Of a DNA stretch of 64,000 bases, positions 54,886-63,402 are shown piece by piece. Source of the DNA: a virus; the IMG/VR virus record IMGVR_UViG_3300032322_001011, positions 20,696-84,695 of that record. One strand, 5' to 3'. Each line of letters begins with the position of its first letter. The stretch's first letter is position 1. Position numbers and translations under genes: made by a program. The notes beneath the pieces were generated by a model. That model did no database searches and had not been told where the DNA came from. It saw nothing but the letters and a program-made list of their open reading frames with translations.

Positions 54886-55122
54886 TTAGAACAACGATAA
54901 TTGGTCAGGGTTATTTGGGGCGTACATACGGCGAGTGGCTTCTACTTCTTCTACAAACTTCTCTACTTGAAGAAGGAAATCAAGCATGTCATCTGTCTCT
55001 GCTACTAGGCGGTAATCAATCCTCTTTAATAGGCCATTGCGTGGGTACGCCTGAGTGCGTACTGCAAGATCCTTTGCCAAAGCAATCGTGCGATCCATTT
55101 TAAGTTCATCTGGTGATCTCAT
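54886..55122 (-). CDS. Small protein ending in QLSLF
   Basis: 78 aa; C-terminal DQLSLF. Confidence 0.65.
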   Translation of the reverse strand: MRSPDELKMDRTIALAKDLAVRTQAYPRNGLLKRIDYRLVAETDDMLDFLLQVEKFVEEVEATRRMYAPNNPDQLSLF

Positions 55123-55361
55123 TGTTTTCTAGCCTCTATTTCTTCCCAAATAGTCTGTAATGCCTCTAGACAATCTTTGACTTCACTGGCTGGTGCTGAC
55201 TTATATCTCCAGGCATCAAATGCCTGTCCTAAGTACATAATCGTGTTATCCATTGTTGTGTATAAGCCACTTGTTTCCATCTTGGAAGCACGTTGTTGTG
55301 CCTTAGTAGGTGGAAGGTTTTCAATCTTTTTTGTTTCTTTTTTAAAAACATTTATGCCCAT
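55119..55361 (-). CDS. Hypothetical protein
   Basis: 80 aa ORF in a packed operon. Confidence 0.6.
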   Translation of the reverse strand: MGINVFKKETKKIENLPPTKAQQRASKMETSGLYTTMDNTIMYLGQAFDAWRYKSAPASEVKDCLEALQTIWEEIEARKQ

Positions 55362-55621
55362 GTTTTGATTTCCTTCACAGTTGTATCCAGTTCACGACCA
55401 CCCACAGCAAATAGTAATCCTTCTGTTTCATCTTGGATCTTATTCTTTTTGCACAAACCAAATTGAAATAAGTACTTACCAAATCTAAGTTGGATTCCTC
55501 TTCCCTTCCGCCAGTACCCACCAAGTTCTTGGCACGTACCCATTGCGATGTGTGGAATATTAGAATCACCAGTGTCACGGGCGATCCAATAGAGGAACAA
55601 AAGACCTTTCATTTTATTCAT
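55352..55621 (-). CDS. Hypothetical protein
   Basis: 89 aa; WRKGRGIQLR. Confidence 0.6.
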   Translation of the reverse strand: MNKMKGLLFLYWIARDTGDSNIPHIAMGTCQELGGYWRKGRGIQLRFGKYLFQFGLCKKNKIQDETEGLLFAVGGRELDTTVKEIKTWA

Positions 55622-55635
55622 GTTGTAACCTTACC

Positions 55636-56208
55636 CTAGTCTATTTCTCCCCAGTTTAGACCAAGTTGATCTTGGTACAGGTTACGCTGTACAGGATTTA
55701 CTTCCTTGCCCTCTGCCTCAAATAGTGTCTTCTGCTGGTTATCCTGTGGTGTAACTATTCCAGACATAAACTTTCTTCCAAGAGGTGTTCCTGGTTGACG
55801 AGCAAAGTATTCAGACTCACCACCTTGATGTTTGTAATAACCAAATTGTTCTAATTCTGGCGTGGATTTACCCTTAGATAGTGCATCATAGATTCTTCTA
55901 GCGGCATAAAGTGGAACTCCTGAATACACGTACTCGTCACCCCTACGGCGGAACTTTACATAAAAGTTACCAGACATCGTTTCTGGGTCAAAGAAATACT
56001 GGGCGTGGGAAAGACGGGTACTGTCTGTTCCGTTAGTGTTTACACCAAGCATTGCTGGAACTGCGTTGTTAAACCCAGGACTGGCAGCAATCCAAGGATC
56101 AAATGCTTCTTCACGACTACTCTTAGCACCACCAACATCTTTAGAGGTAGCGTTAAGAGATTCTTTAATCCTGTCCTTGCCGTATTTCCCTAAACCACGT
56201 TGTGCCAT
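55636..56208 (-). CDS. KTSC-domain protein
   Basis: STRLSHAQY...YVKFRRRGDEYVYSGVP......ALSKGK. Confidence 0.7.
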   Translation of the reverse strand: MAQRGLGKYGKDRIKESLNATSKDVGGAKSSREEAFDPWIAASPGFNNAVPAMLGVNTNGTDSTRLSHAQYFFDPETMSGNFYVKFRRRGDEYVYSGVPLYAARRIYDALSKGKSTPELEQFGYYKHQGGESEYFARQPGTPLGRKFMSGIVTPQDNQQKTLFEAEGKEVNPVQRNLYQDQLGLNWGEID

Positions 56209-56215
56209 GCAGCAA

Positions 56216-56797
56216 TTATAGTTTGTTATTAACCTTTAGGCAGAATTGCCAATAGTACTTACCAACAACAGGCCATTCAATTTGGCTTTCTGCATCAAAC
56301 CATGATTTACCTGCTGGGTTATTAGGTATCACATCAAATAAATTGACAACATTGTTAAACTCCAATAAATTCAACAACTTCTCAACTCTTGACTCATGGC
56401 AATTCCAATGGTGGTGAGCGCCATCCCACCATTCCAATCCAGGAACATGGGTATCAGGAACATCTAAGTGCTCCATAACTGACTCCACCAACCACCAAGG
56501 CTCTAAACCCTCTTTCCAGCGTTTAATAGTTCTATGAACATCTGGACCAACGACAAGCATTGGGGCATTAGGTTTAGCGATACGTTGCATGTCTTTAAGG
56601 AATGCAGACACCTCTAACCAAGGAATGTGTTCCAGAACATGACCCATGTAGATAGCATCAAACGTGTTATCTTCAAAAGGGTACGGTTTACCAGGGGTTA
56701 CTTTGACATCTGGTTTGGTGTCATCTGTTTCCCATGTATCTGTATTTACCCAACCTTGTGCGTAATGGGTTCCACAACCAACATTTAAAAGTTTCAT
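56216..56797 (-). CDS. Class I SAM-dependent methyltransferase
   Basis: LLNVGCG...GWVNTD, PFEDNTFDAIYMGHVLEH, RIAKPN..VVGPD. Confidence 0.9.
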   Translation of the reverse strand: MKLLNVGCGTHYAQGWVNTDTWETDDTKPDVKVTPGKPYPFEDNTFDAIYMGHVLEHIPWLEVSAFLKDMQRIAKPNAPMLVVGPDVHRTIKRWKEGLEPWWLVESVMEHLDVPDTHVPGLEWWDGAHHHWNCHESRVEKLLNLLEFNNVVNLFDVIPNNPAGKSWFDAESQIEWPVVGKYYWQFCLKVNNKL

Positions 56798-57561
56798 GAA
56801 ACAGGACCACCTTCTAGTGGGAAATACCACCCACCGTTATGACTTTTTGCTGTCGGCATATCTTGACGATGATTAATCCCTGAATAGTGGGCAATCAAAG
56901 ATTTACGTGGCATACCCACAACATTAGGCTCAGAACCACGATGTAGTAAACGACCATGCCAGAACAACACGTCACCACGCTCTGGAAGGTAAGTGATTAC
57001 TTCAGCGTTTCGCTTTTCAATCTCTGCTTCAAACAATGGGGTAAGTAACCGTTCACTGTGTTTGGGCCACGTGTGATCACGTTCAGATGGTTCTAACGCA
57101 TCAAGAATCTTTTCTCTAGTAACCGTAGGCCACCTATGTGATCCACGAACAAACTGGAATGGACCAGAGTCTGGGTGGATAGTTTCAAGAGCAATCCAGA
57201 TAGCAGCGTAGTAATCACCCACGTGGTCTGGATTTAAGTAAGAATCTTGATGCCAATTACGGCGAGTAGTAACCCACCCCGTTAGATTTAAATGAAGACC
57301 AGCAGGTTCACCAATCAGTTCTTGCATGGTGTCGCTGATGCCGCTATAAGTAAGAATCTCCATGACCTCTGGGTGTCTGCGGTACGGTGTGCAATCAGGC
57401 CAACCACCAGGTCGTTCAGCATTGTTTTCCATCCAGCACTGTTCGTAGTTAACCATTAACTCTTCTGGAACTAAGTTTTTCTTAATAACAAATCCGTCTG
57501 CATTCCAATCCATCGGTCCAATGGGCGGTGCAGGTATTGTTAGGTCATCTAAGGTGGTCAT
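56794..57561 (-). CDS. Phytanoyl-CoA dioxygenase (PhyH)-family 2OG-Fe(II) oxygenase
   Basis: WHQD, WIALE...SGPFQFVRGSH, GDVLFWHGRLLHRG, RKS. Confidence 0.9.
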   Translation of the reverse strand: MTTLDDLTIPAPPIGPMDWNADGFVIKKNLVPEELMVNYEQCWMENNAERPGGWPDCTPYRRHPEVMEILTYSGISDTMQELIGEPAGLHLNLTGWVTTRRNWHQDSYLNPDHVGDYYAAIWIALETIHPDSGPFQFVRGSHRWPTVTREKILDALEPSERDHTWPKHSERLLTPLFEAEIEKRNAEVITYLPERGDVLFWHGRLLHRGSEPNVVGMPRKSLIAHYSGINHRQDMPTAKSHNGGWYFPLEGGPVS

Positions 57562-58640
57562 AGTGCTGCAATCTTCTCCATTACTTCGTTCCATTCAAAG
57601 CCACGCTTTTGCATTGAAAATTGGTCTTTGACTATCTCGTAGTTTACCATTGCGTCATCTTTACGCATTTGTGGGTCTAGCAACTCAGTTAAATGGTAAG
57701 TCCATTCCTCTGGACTTTTAGCAATACGCCCAACCCCAGCATCAGCAAGATACTGGTACTCAGGTGAATACGATGTAATAAATGGCACACCAGCCGCTGC
57801 ATATTCAAGACCCTTAATAAAGGACTTAGCGTGGTTAAATTCAAGGTTGTTAAGAGGAACCAATCCAACATCTACTGGTGGAAATAGTTTTGGATAATCA
57901 AGAATAGGGGCCATTGGCATTATTGTTGATTTTTGTCGGATATAACCAATTTGTTCATACGCAAAAGGTGCATCTGCTGTATGACCAGAATGGTGGAAAG
58001 TCAAATTGTGTTTCTTCAAAAATTTAGGAACGTATGGATTTAAACTTTCTAAATCTTTGGAACGCCACGGGGTAGCACCAACCCATCCAACAACTGGTGA
58101 TCTTTTTGCCTTGTCTTTTCTCATCTTCCAACGGTCAATGTCAATACCGTTGCGAACTAGAAACACATTGTTACGCTTACTTGCGTAGTAGTCGTACAAA
58201 AATGGTGTTGATGTAATTACAGCATCTGCTTCGTAAATCATTTTTATGTAATGGTCACGATTGTTATCTGGGTGTAACTTTGGATCGGTAGCCATATATG
58301 CACGATTAGATGGGTCAAGACCTTCAAAGAAATCGTCAATGTCTACTACTATTTTCTGACCTTTAGACTTTGCTACTTTTACTTGGTCGGTGATTTCCTT
58401 ACGCATCACTAACTTGAATACAAGTATCTCCCAACCGTGTATGGCTTTGTCGTTAGATATAACTAACCCATATCCGTACTCGTCATGCCAGCGTGGAAAT
58501 CCAAGACCTGTTTTCCAACCAAACTTCTCTAGTTCGTTTTTAGGTAGCAGACAGCGATACCATGCACAACCATTTGGTTGTAGTGGCTTTGTCCCGTGCG
58601 CCCAGTCGTATGTCAAAAACCCAATCGTTTTGTTACCCAT
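57558..58640 (-). CDS. GT-B glycosyltransferase
   Basis: WYRC..P, VVDIDD, VITSTPFL, RNGID, VGWVG, DVGLVPL...FNHAKSFIKGLEYAAAGVP. Confidence 0.9.
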   Translation of the reverse strand: MGNKTIGFLTYDWAHGTKPLQPNGCAWYRCLLPKNELEKFGWKTGLGFPRWHDEYGYGLVISNDKAIHGWEILVFKLVMRKEITDQVKVAKSKGQKIVVDIDDFFEGLDPSNRAYMATDPKLHPDNNRDHYIKMIYEADAVITSTPFLYDYYASKRNNVFLVRNGIDIDRWKMRKDKAKRSPVVGWVGATPWRSKDLESLNPYVPKFLKKHNLTFHHSGHTADAPFAYEQIGYIRQKSTIMPMAPILDYPKLFPPVDVGLVPLNNLEFNHAKSFIKGLEYAAAGVPFITSYSPEYQYLADAGVGRIAKSPEEWTYHLTELLDPQMRKDDAMVNYEIVKDQFSMQKRGFEWNEVMEKIAAL

Positions 58641-58646
58641 GAACCT

Positions 58647-58823
58647 CTACTCTTCGTCTGTGTCACTACCCTTTCCAGCAACAGCAACGAAGTGTACAAC
58701 AAGACCAGCGACTGTGATCCACACACCCCAGGTTAATGTTTGACCAGACAGGGTAATGAGAACCATTCCCGTTCCTGCCAAGGTCCAAACAAGACCATGT
58801 ACTTCTTCCCAAAGTTTCTTCAC
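58647..58823 (-). CDS. 58 aa two-TM membrane protein (not in ORF track)
   Basis: GTG start with AAGGAG RBS: MKKLWEEVHGLVWTLAGTGMVLITLSGQTLTWGVWITVAGLVVHFVAV... Confidence 0.7.
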   Translation of the reverse strand: MKKLWEEVHGLVWTLAGTGMVLITLSGQTLTWGVWITVAGLVVHFVAVAGKGSDTDEE

Positions 58824-58902
58824 AATTCTCCTTAGTAGGGGTCGTTTTGCCTATTTACGCTTGTCTACGGGCCTCCTAAGAGGCTCTACGGGGATTGTGG
58901 GG

Positions 58903-60762
58903 TTATAGTCTACGACTAGAAACTACTGGTGCAGGCAGTATAAATGATACCGTAGTCACGGCTACTACGACACGGCGAGCGCCTACGGAAATCGTTGAAT
59001 CCGTAGGGATGTAATTATCAAATCCACCCTCAAAGACGTTAATCTCTTCTTCAAAGGCTTCTCGTACTTCTGTTGGCGCATCTTGTACAGCCTCAACAAT
59101 GGCTTCTGCTTGTTCTCCTGTAAGTTCGCCAGTGTCAATTGTGGCAAAAATCTCAGTTGCTTGGTCAGCAGTTACGTTCTCCAAGACTGCGGCGCTAGTG
59201 GCAAGTTCAGTTGCTTGGTCACTAGAGATTTCTGTAGCCAAGATAGTGTCCACAACTTCTTGAACCTGTTCTTGGGTAATGCTGTCTGACTCCAGTATAT
59301 CTAATACTTCGTCTAAAATCTCTGCCGTAATCTCAGTAAGGGTGTCCAAATTTTCCACCACAGCATCCACAATGGCTTGAACCTGTTCTTCTGTGATGTT
59401 GTCGGAGTTAAGGGCATCTACAACTTCTGACAAAACTTCTGGGGTAATTTCTGTAATGTCAGTTAACTCCTCAATTACAGCAATTATTTCCTCTTCAGCA
59501 ACAACTTCTTCAGGGGTAGTTGTAGTTGTAGTTGTAGTTTCTTCTACGGTAGTATCGGGGTATGTTTCAGTTGTTGTCGTTTCTGGCTCAGTCGTTTCTG
59601 GCTCTGGCTCAGTTGTCGTGGTTGTTTCTTCTGGAAGCGTCACCTCTGGCGTGGGTTCTTCTACTACTGTCGTTGTGGTCCCTGTCGGCACTTCAACGAT
59701 CACTTCGGGTACGGAGGTGGTCGTAGATGAAGTTGTTGTGGTGGTGCTTGTTGTATTCTCCACTAACGTGGTACTTGTTTCTGGCACTGTTGTGGAAGTC
59801 GTTGAAGTTGTGGAAGAGGTCGTAGATGTTGACTGCTCTGGTAGTAGTGTCGTGGTCGTTGTTGATTCTGGCAATGTTGTTTGGGGTACGGAAGAAGTCG
59901 TAGTTGACTGAGGAATAGTTGTACTCGTAGTACTTGTGCTTGTTGAAGAAGTCGTACTAGTTGTTTGAGGAACAGCAGATACCGTGTAAGTTTCGGTCAT
60001 TGATGAGTACACACTTAAAGTGTCGTTGTCAGCACGAACCCTAAACTGGTAAGTCACACCGTTATCCAAGTTACCTACGGTTGCAGATGTTGTATTAGAT
60101 GCAATTGCAAAAGATGATTGCCAGTTATTTGAACTAAAAAACACTGCGTAGCGTTCAACTTCAGCGTACCCAGGACCACCTTCTGGAGCATCCCAAGTGA
60201 GGCTTACACTCTCATACCCTGCAACTGCCTGAAGGTTTGTCGGGCTACGCATTCCCAATGGGGGGAGTGTTGTAGTTGTAGTTGGCGGAACAGTTGTAGT
60301 TGTAGTCGTTGTAGTCGTTGTACTAGTAGTTGAGGTAGTCGTTGTAGAACTAGTGGTTGTGGTTGTGGTTGTCGTTGGTGCATTTGACGGAGCGATGCTT
60401 ACATCAACTACATACGATGTTCCGTACCAACGATTGGGGTCACCACAACAAACACCTGTACGAAGTCTGTAAGTCCCAGCATCTAGGTTTCTTGTAATGT
60501 ATGAATCAAGACCAAACCAGTCATCGTTTTCGGCTAAAAGCATATTGTTTGAGTCGTATAACCACAGCATTGAGTCAATGCTGTATTGTTGGGCAAAGGT
60601 ACGCACCGTAAATAACTGCGCTTCTTCTAGGGTAAAGAAATAATCTTCAGCACCTGTAGTTGTAAAAGAATCTGCGCTAACAGAAGAAACACCAACTGGC
60701 GCAAGCCAAGCCAGAAGCGCTACAGGAAGGTAAAACCAAAATCCTTTGCGTAGTTTAGGCAC
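58903..60762 (-). CDS. Secreted mucin-like surface protein (signal peptide, PPC-like domain, FN3, Thr/Ser tracts, acidic helical stalk, C-terminal hydrophobic anchor)
   Basis: Signal peptide ...VSA-D; DSMLWLYD...ENDD; PTNLQA..VSLTWDAP...YQFRVRA; long T/S/P runs; RRVVVAVTTVSFIL. Confidence 0.85.
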   Translation of the reverse strand: MPKLRKGFWFYLPVALLAWLAPVGVSSVSADSFTTTGAEDYFFTLEEAQLFTVRTFAQQYSIDSMLWLYDSNNMLLAENDDWFGLDSYITRNLDAGTYRLRTGVCCGDPNRWYGTSYVVDVSIAPSNAPTTTTTTTTSSTTTTSTTSTTTTTTTTTTVPPTTTTTLPPLGMRSPTNLQAVAGYESVSLTWDAPEGGPGYAEVERYAVFFSSNNWQSSFAIASNTTSATVGNLDNGVTYQFRVRADNDTLSVYSSMTETYTVSAVPQTTSTTSSTSTSTTSTTIPQSTTTSSVPQTTLPESTTTTTLLPEQSTSTTSSTTSTTSTTVPETSTTLVENTTSTTTTTSSTTTSVPEVIVEVPTGTTTTVVEEPTPEVTLPEETTTTTEPEPETTEPETTTTETYPDTTVEETTTTTTTTPEEVVAEEEIIAVIEELTDITEITPEVLSEVVDALNSDNITEEQVQAIVDAVVENLDTLTEITAEILDEVLDILESDSITQEQVQEVVDTILATEISSDQATELATSAAVLENVTADQATEIFATIDTGELTGEQAEAIVEAVQDAPTEVREAFEEEINVFEGGFDNYIPTDSTISVGARRVVVAVTTVSFILPAPVVSSRRL

Positions 60763-60796
60763 GGCCCATTATAGCCGTTACCACTTACTTATGGAG

Positions 60797-61774
60797 TTAT
60801 CCACAAAGCGTTCCACACACGGCACAACACGTTCCAACACATTCGTACCAACCACCGACTGCGGCGGCACAACCAATACATGGGTTTGGTGAACCCGTGT
60901 AATAAAAAATGTCATAGCAAACAATGTGTGTATTGCCAAATATACCGCAGGTTCCACAGTTACCACCTTCAGTTGCTTTAAACGAAAAAGTGCAAGATGA
61001 GCAGTTGGGTATTGATGTTCCTGATACAAGACCATTATCTGATGAAACAAATCCGCTTCTTGAAGCAGTTACTGTGACTGTTGATGAAGCACCGTTAGCC
61101 AAACCAGACGCTGTAAGCCCACTTCCAGAACGGGAAATGCTTCCTGAGTTTGCGCTTATTGTGTAGGTATTAGCAGCGTCATAGTTTGTAATGGTCGCTG
61201 TCCAACCACCTTGTGTAGCAGTAGAACCACTAAAAGTTGGTGTAGCCAATTTAGATTGTGATGTTCCAGAAAATGATGTGGAAGCAGAAACAAAACCTGA
61301 TCTAGAAGCGGTCACGGTTACTGTTGCTGAAGCGTTGTTACCTAGTCCAGTTTGGGTAACAGTGTTTGTAGATACAGAAACGGAGCCAGCAGTAGTAGTT
61401 GCTGAGTATGAGTTTGCACCATCATAGTTAGTTATTGTTGCTGTAAAACCACCAGCAGTTGCAGTCGCTGCACTAAATGTTGGGGTAACTAGTGCTGGAA
61501 GAGAAGAACCACTAGCAGTTGCTGTGTCTGAGTTTTCAAAACCAATACGAGTAGCCTGAACAACTACAGAAGCAGAAACGTTGTTTCCTAAACCAGAAAC
61601 GGTAATAGTTCCACTTGAGTTGGAGGCGCTACCAGCAGATGGGGTTAGTACGTAAGTGTTTGATGCGGAATAGTTTGTAATGGTGAATGTAAACCCACCA
61701 GCAGCATTGGTTACTGAACTCAGGGTAGGGGTAAATAGTTTTTCTATACCACCAACCCCACCCACGATTTGCAT
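60797..61774 (-). CDS. Tail-fibre-like protein: three ~80 aa Ig-like repeats plus Cys-rich tip
   Basis: Repeats L.TPTFS...AGGFT.TITNY...ASATVTVTASRSGF; Cys-rich C-terminus. Confidence 0.7.
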   Translation of the reverse strand: MQIVGGVGGIEKLFTPTLSSVTNAAGGFTFTITNYSASNTYVLTPSAGSASNSSGTITVSGLGNNVSASVVVQATRIGFENSDTATASGSSLPALVTPTFSAATATAGGFTATITNYDGANSYSATTTAGSVSVSTNTVTQTGLGNNASATVTVTASRSGFVSASTSFSGTSQSKLATPTFSGSTATQGGWTATITNYDAANTYTISANSGSISRSGSGLTASGLANGASSTVTVTASRSGFVSSDNGLVSGTSIPNCSSCTFSFKATEGGNCGTCGIFGNTHIVCYDIFYYTGSPNPCIGCAAAVGGWYECVGTCCAVCGTLCG

Positions 61775-61776
61775 GG

Positions 61777-62484
61777 CTACACCGTTGCTGTGGTTACGTT
61801 ACCGACTAGCACCCATTCATCAGAGGCAATTTTTACCAAGGTAGCAAGTGCGTACTGACCATTCAGTTTGTTTTTCCCACCCTGCGAGCGTATTGTTGCG
61901 CTAGAGGAAATAGTTACTTGACCAGCACCAAGTTGCATGATGTTTACTTGATCACCAATTGCAAACGCTGTAACACCATTTGTAGGAATAGTGAGCGTAA
62001 TCCCAGAAGCGTTATTGAGCGTGACCAACTTGTGGGCATCTGAAAGTGTCAACGTGTAGGTCGTACCAGTTTGGGCGTTTAATGTTAGACCGTCATATGC
62101 GGCTGAACCAACTGATCGAGAAGCAACCACGTTTTTGGAAAGAAGTTCCCAGGTATTTGAACTACGTTTTACAAGAGTTGCTGAAGCCCACTGTCCGTTA
62201 AGAGAAAGAGAACCATTGAATCCGTTGATAGTGACTCCGCCTGCGGCTGAAAATGTCACAATCCCAGCACCAGTCTGAACCACTTCCATGACATCTCCGT
62301 CATAGAAAGTAGTGGTTGAGTCGGAAGGAACAGTAACGGTAATTGCACTGGCGTTATTAAACTCCAGAATCTTTCCACGATCATCAAATACGAGGGTGTA
62401 AGTAGTTCCAGTTTGGGCATTAATTGGGCGGTTAATGCCCGTCAAATCCCTAGTTGTACCTACCTCAGAAAGGCGTGAAATCAC
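61777..62484 (-). CDS. Tail fibre-associated protein with tandem duplicated domain
   Basis: Two copies of NAQTGTTYTL...NNAS.IT.T.P...Q.GAG.VT...LNGQ..ATLVK...W. Confidence 0.75.
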   Translation of the reverse strand: MISRLSEVGTTRDLTGINRPINAQTGTTYTLVFDDRGKILEFNNASAITVTVPSDSTTTFYDGDVMEVVQTGAGIVTFSAAGGVTINGFNGSLSLNGQWASATLVKRSSNTWELLSKNVVASRSVGSAAYDGLTLNAQTGTTYTLTLSDAHKLVTLNNASGITLTIPTNGVTAFAIGDQVNIMQLGAGQVTISSSATIRSQGGKNKLNGQYALATLVKIASDEWVLVGNVTTATV

Positions 62485-62810
62485 GAAATCTCTACTCCAA
62501 AGATTGAAAAGGAAAGGTTGGCATTAGATGCGTAAATGGTTACTACGTCTGTAGTTGCCAAGGTAAAACCAACGCTTAAAGTAGCGGTGTCTTTCGGCAA
62601 GATGTTTGCATCAAAGATGATGTAATGCTGGTTAGCAATTGCTGCTCCAACAGGGCGAATAGCCACACGATAGGTGGCTGCCGTAGTACCTCGGTTACAC
62701 ACGGACAGCGTTGAAGCCACTACGGATTTACCAGCACCTACGGTTAGAAGGTCTGTATTAGTGGTTGCTGACGGTGCAGATTGGGCAAGAACCTTATATG
62801 CTTGGGCCAC
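62481..62810 (-). CDS. Small virion structural protein
   Basis: YKVLAQSAPSATT..DL.TV...SVCNRG...SFSIFGVEIS; AAGGAG RBS. Confidence 0.7.
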   Translation of the reverse strand: MAQAYKVLAQSAPSATTNTDLLTVGAGKSVVASTLSVCNRGTTAATYRVAIRPVGAAIANQHYIIFDANILPKDTATLSVGFTLATTDVVTIYASNANLSFSIFGVEIS

Positions 62811-62868
62811 GGGCGCTCCTTAGAAGTCTGTAATGCTCTTATTTTACACCACGTAGGGTTATGTGTAA

Positions 62869-63096
62869 TTACCACTTACCTAATGGGCATTTTGCGTTTT
62901 TTAACTTAACTTTCAATGTCATGAGACAGCCACATTGTTTACATTGTTTTGCTAGTCCCACTAGTTCAGGGCATTTTTCACAAATATCTAAACGAGCCTG
63001 TGCGTCTTCGTCAAGGCTTCGTGGTTCATTTGGGTTAAGCAAATCCCAAGGTCGGGTAGTTCCTAACTTTTCTTTATAACGTTCCCAGGGTGTCAT
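62869..63096 (-). CDS. Cys-rich small protein (DUF6171-like)
   Basis: RLDICEKCP...QCKQCGCLM..K..L...KCPLGKW. Confidence 0.75.
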   Translation of the reverse strand: MTPWERYKEKLGTTRPWDLLNPNEPRSLDEDAQARLDICEKCPELVGLAKQCKQCGCLMTLKVKLKNAKCPLGKW

Positions 63097-63383
63097 TATG
63101 CACCTGCTGGTGGATGAAAAGTACCATCATATGTCCAACCACTAAGTACTTGCCCCAGCAAAGGCTCAGGTACTTCAACAATTTGTGGACTAGATGACAT
63201 AACTGCAACAAGGTATTCAAGTGACACAGATACTGTTTGCATCCAGACAACTTCCCCATTTATAACAAATGCGTACCATTTAATGGGTTCTAGTGATTTA
63301 AACTTATTCTCTTCTGGATCAAATACGATATTTGGTTTGTGTCCAGAGTTGTCATTTTCTGGAATTAATGGTTGGTCTGACAT
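63096..63383 (-). CDS. Putative tail-fibre assembly chaperone-like protein
   Basis: YAFVINGEVV...GWTYDGTFHPP; directly follows the fibre gene; AGGAG RBS. Confidence 0.5.
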   Translation of the reverse strand: MSDQPLIPENDNSGHKPNIVFDPEENKFKSLEPIKWYAFVINGEVVWMQTVSVSLEYLVAVMSSSPQIVEVPEPLLGQVLSGWTYDGTFHPPAGA

Positions 63384-63402
63384 ATATTCTCCTAATTAGT
63401 TA

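Noticed and set aside
25731-58890. Similar GC-rich 20-mers at ~25731 (GGGCTTCCTAGGGGCCTCTG) and ~58869 (GGGCCTCCTAAGAGGCTCTA)
   Set aside because: Only two imperfect copies, one within coding sequence; cannot be distinguished from chance.
59500-60380. GTT/GTA/GTC triplet runs as a DNA repeat element
   Set aside because: Explained by Thr/Ser codons of the mucin-like protein.
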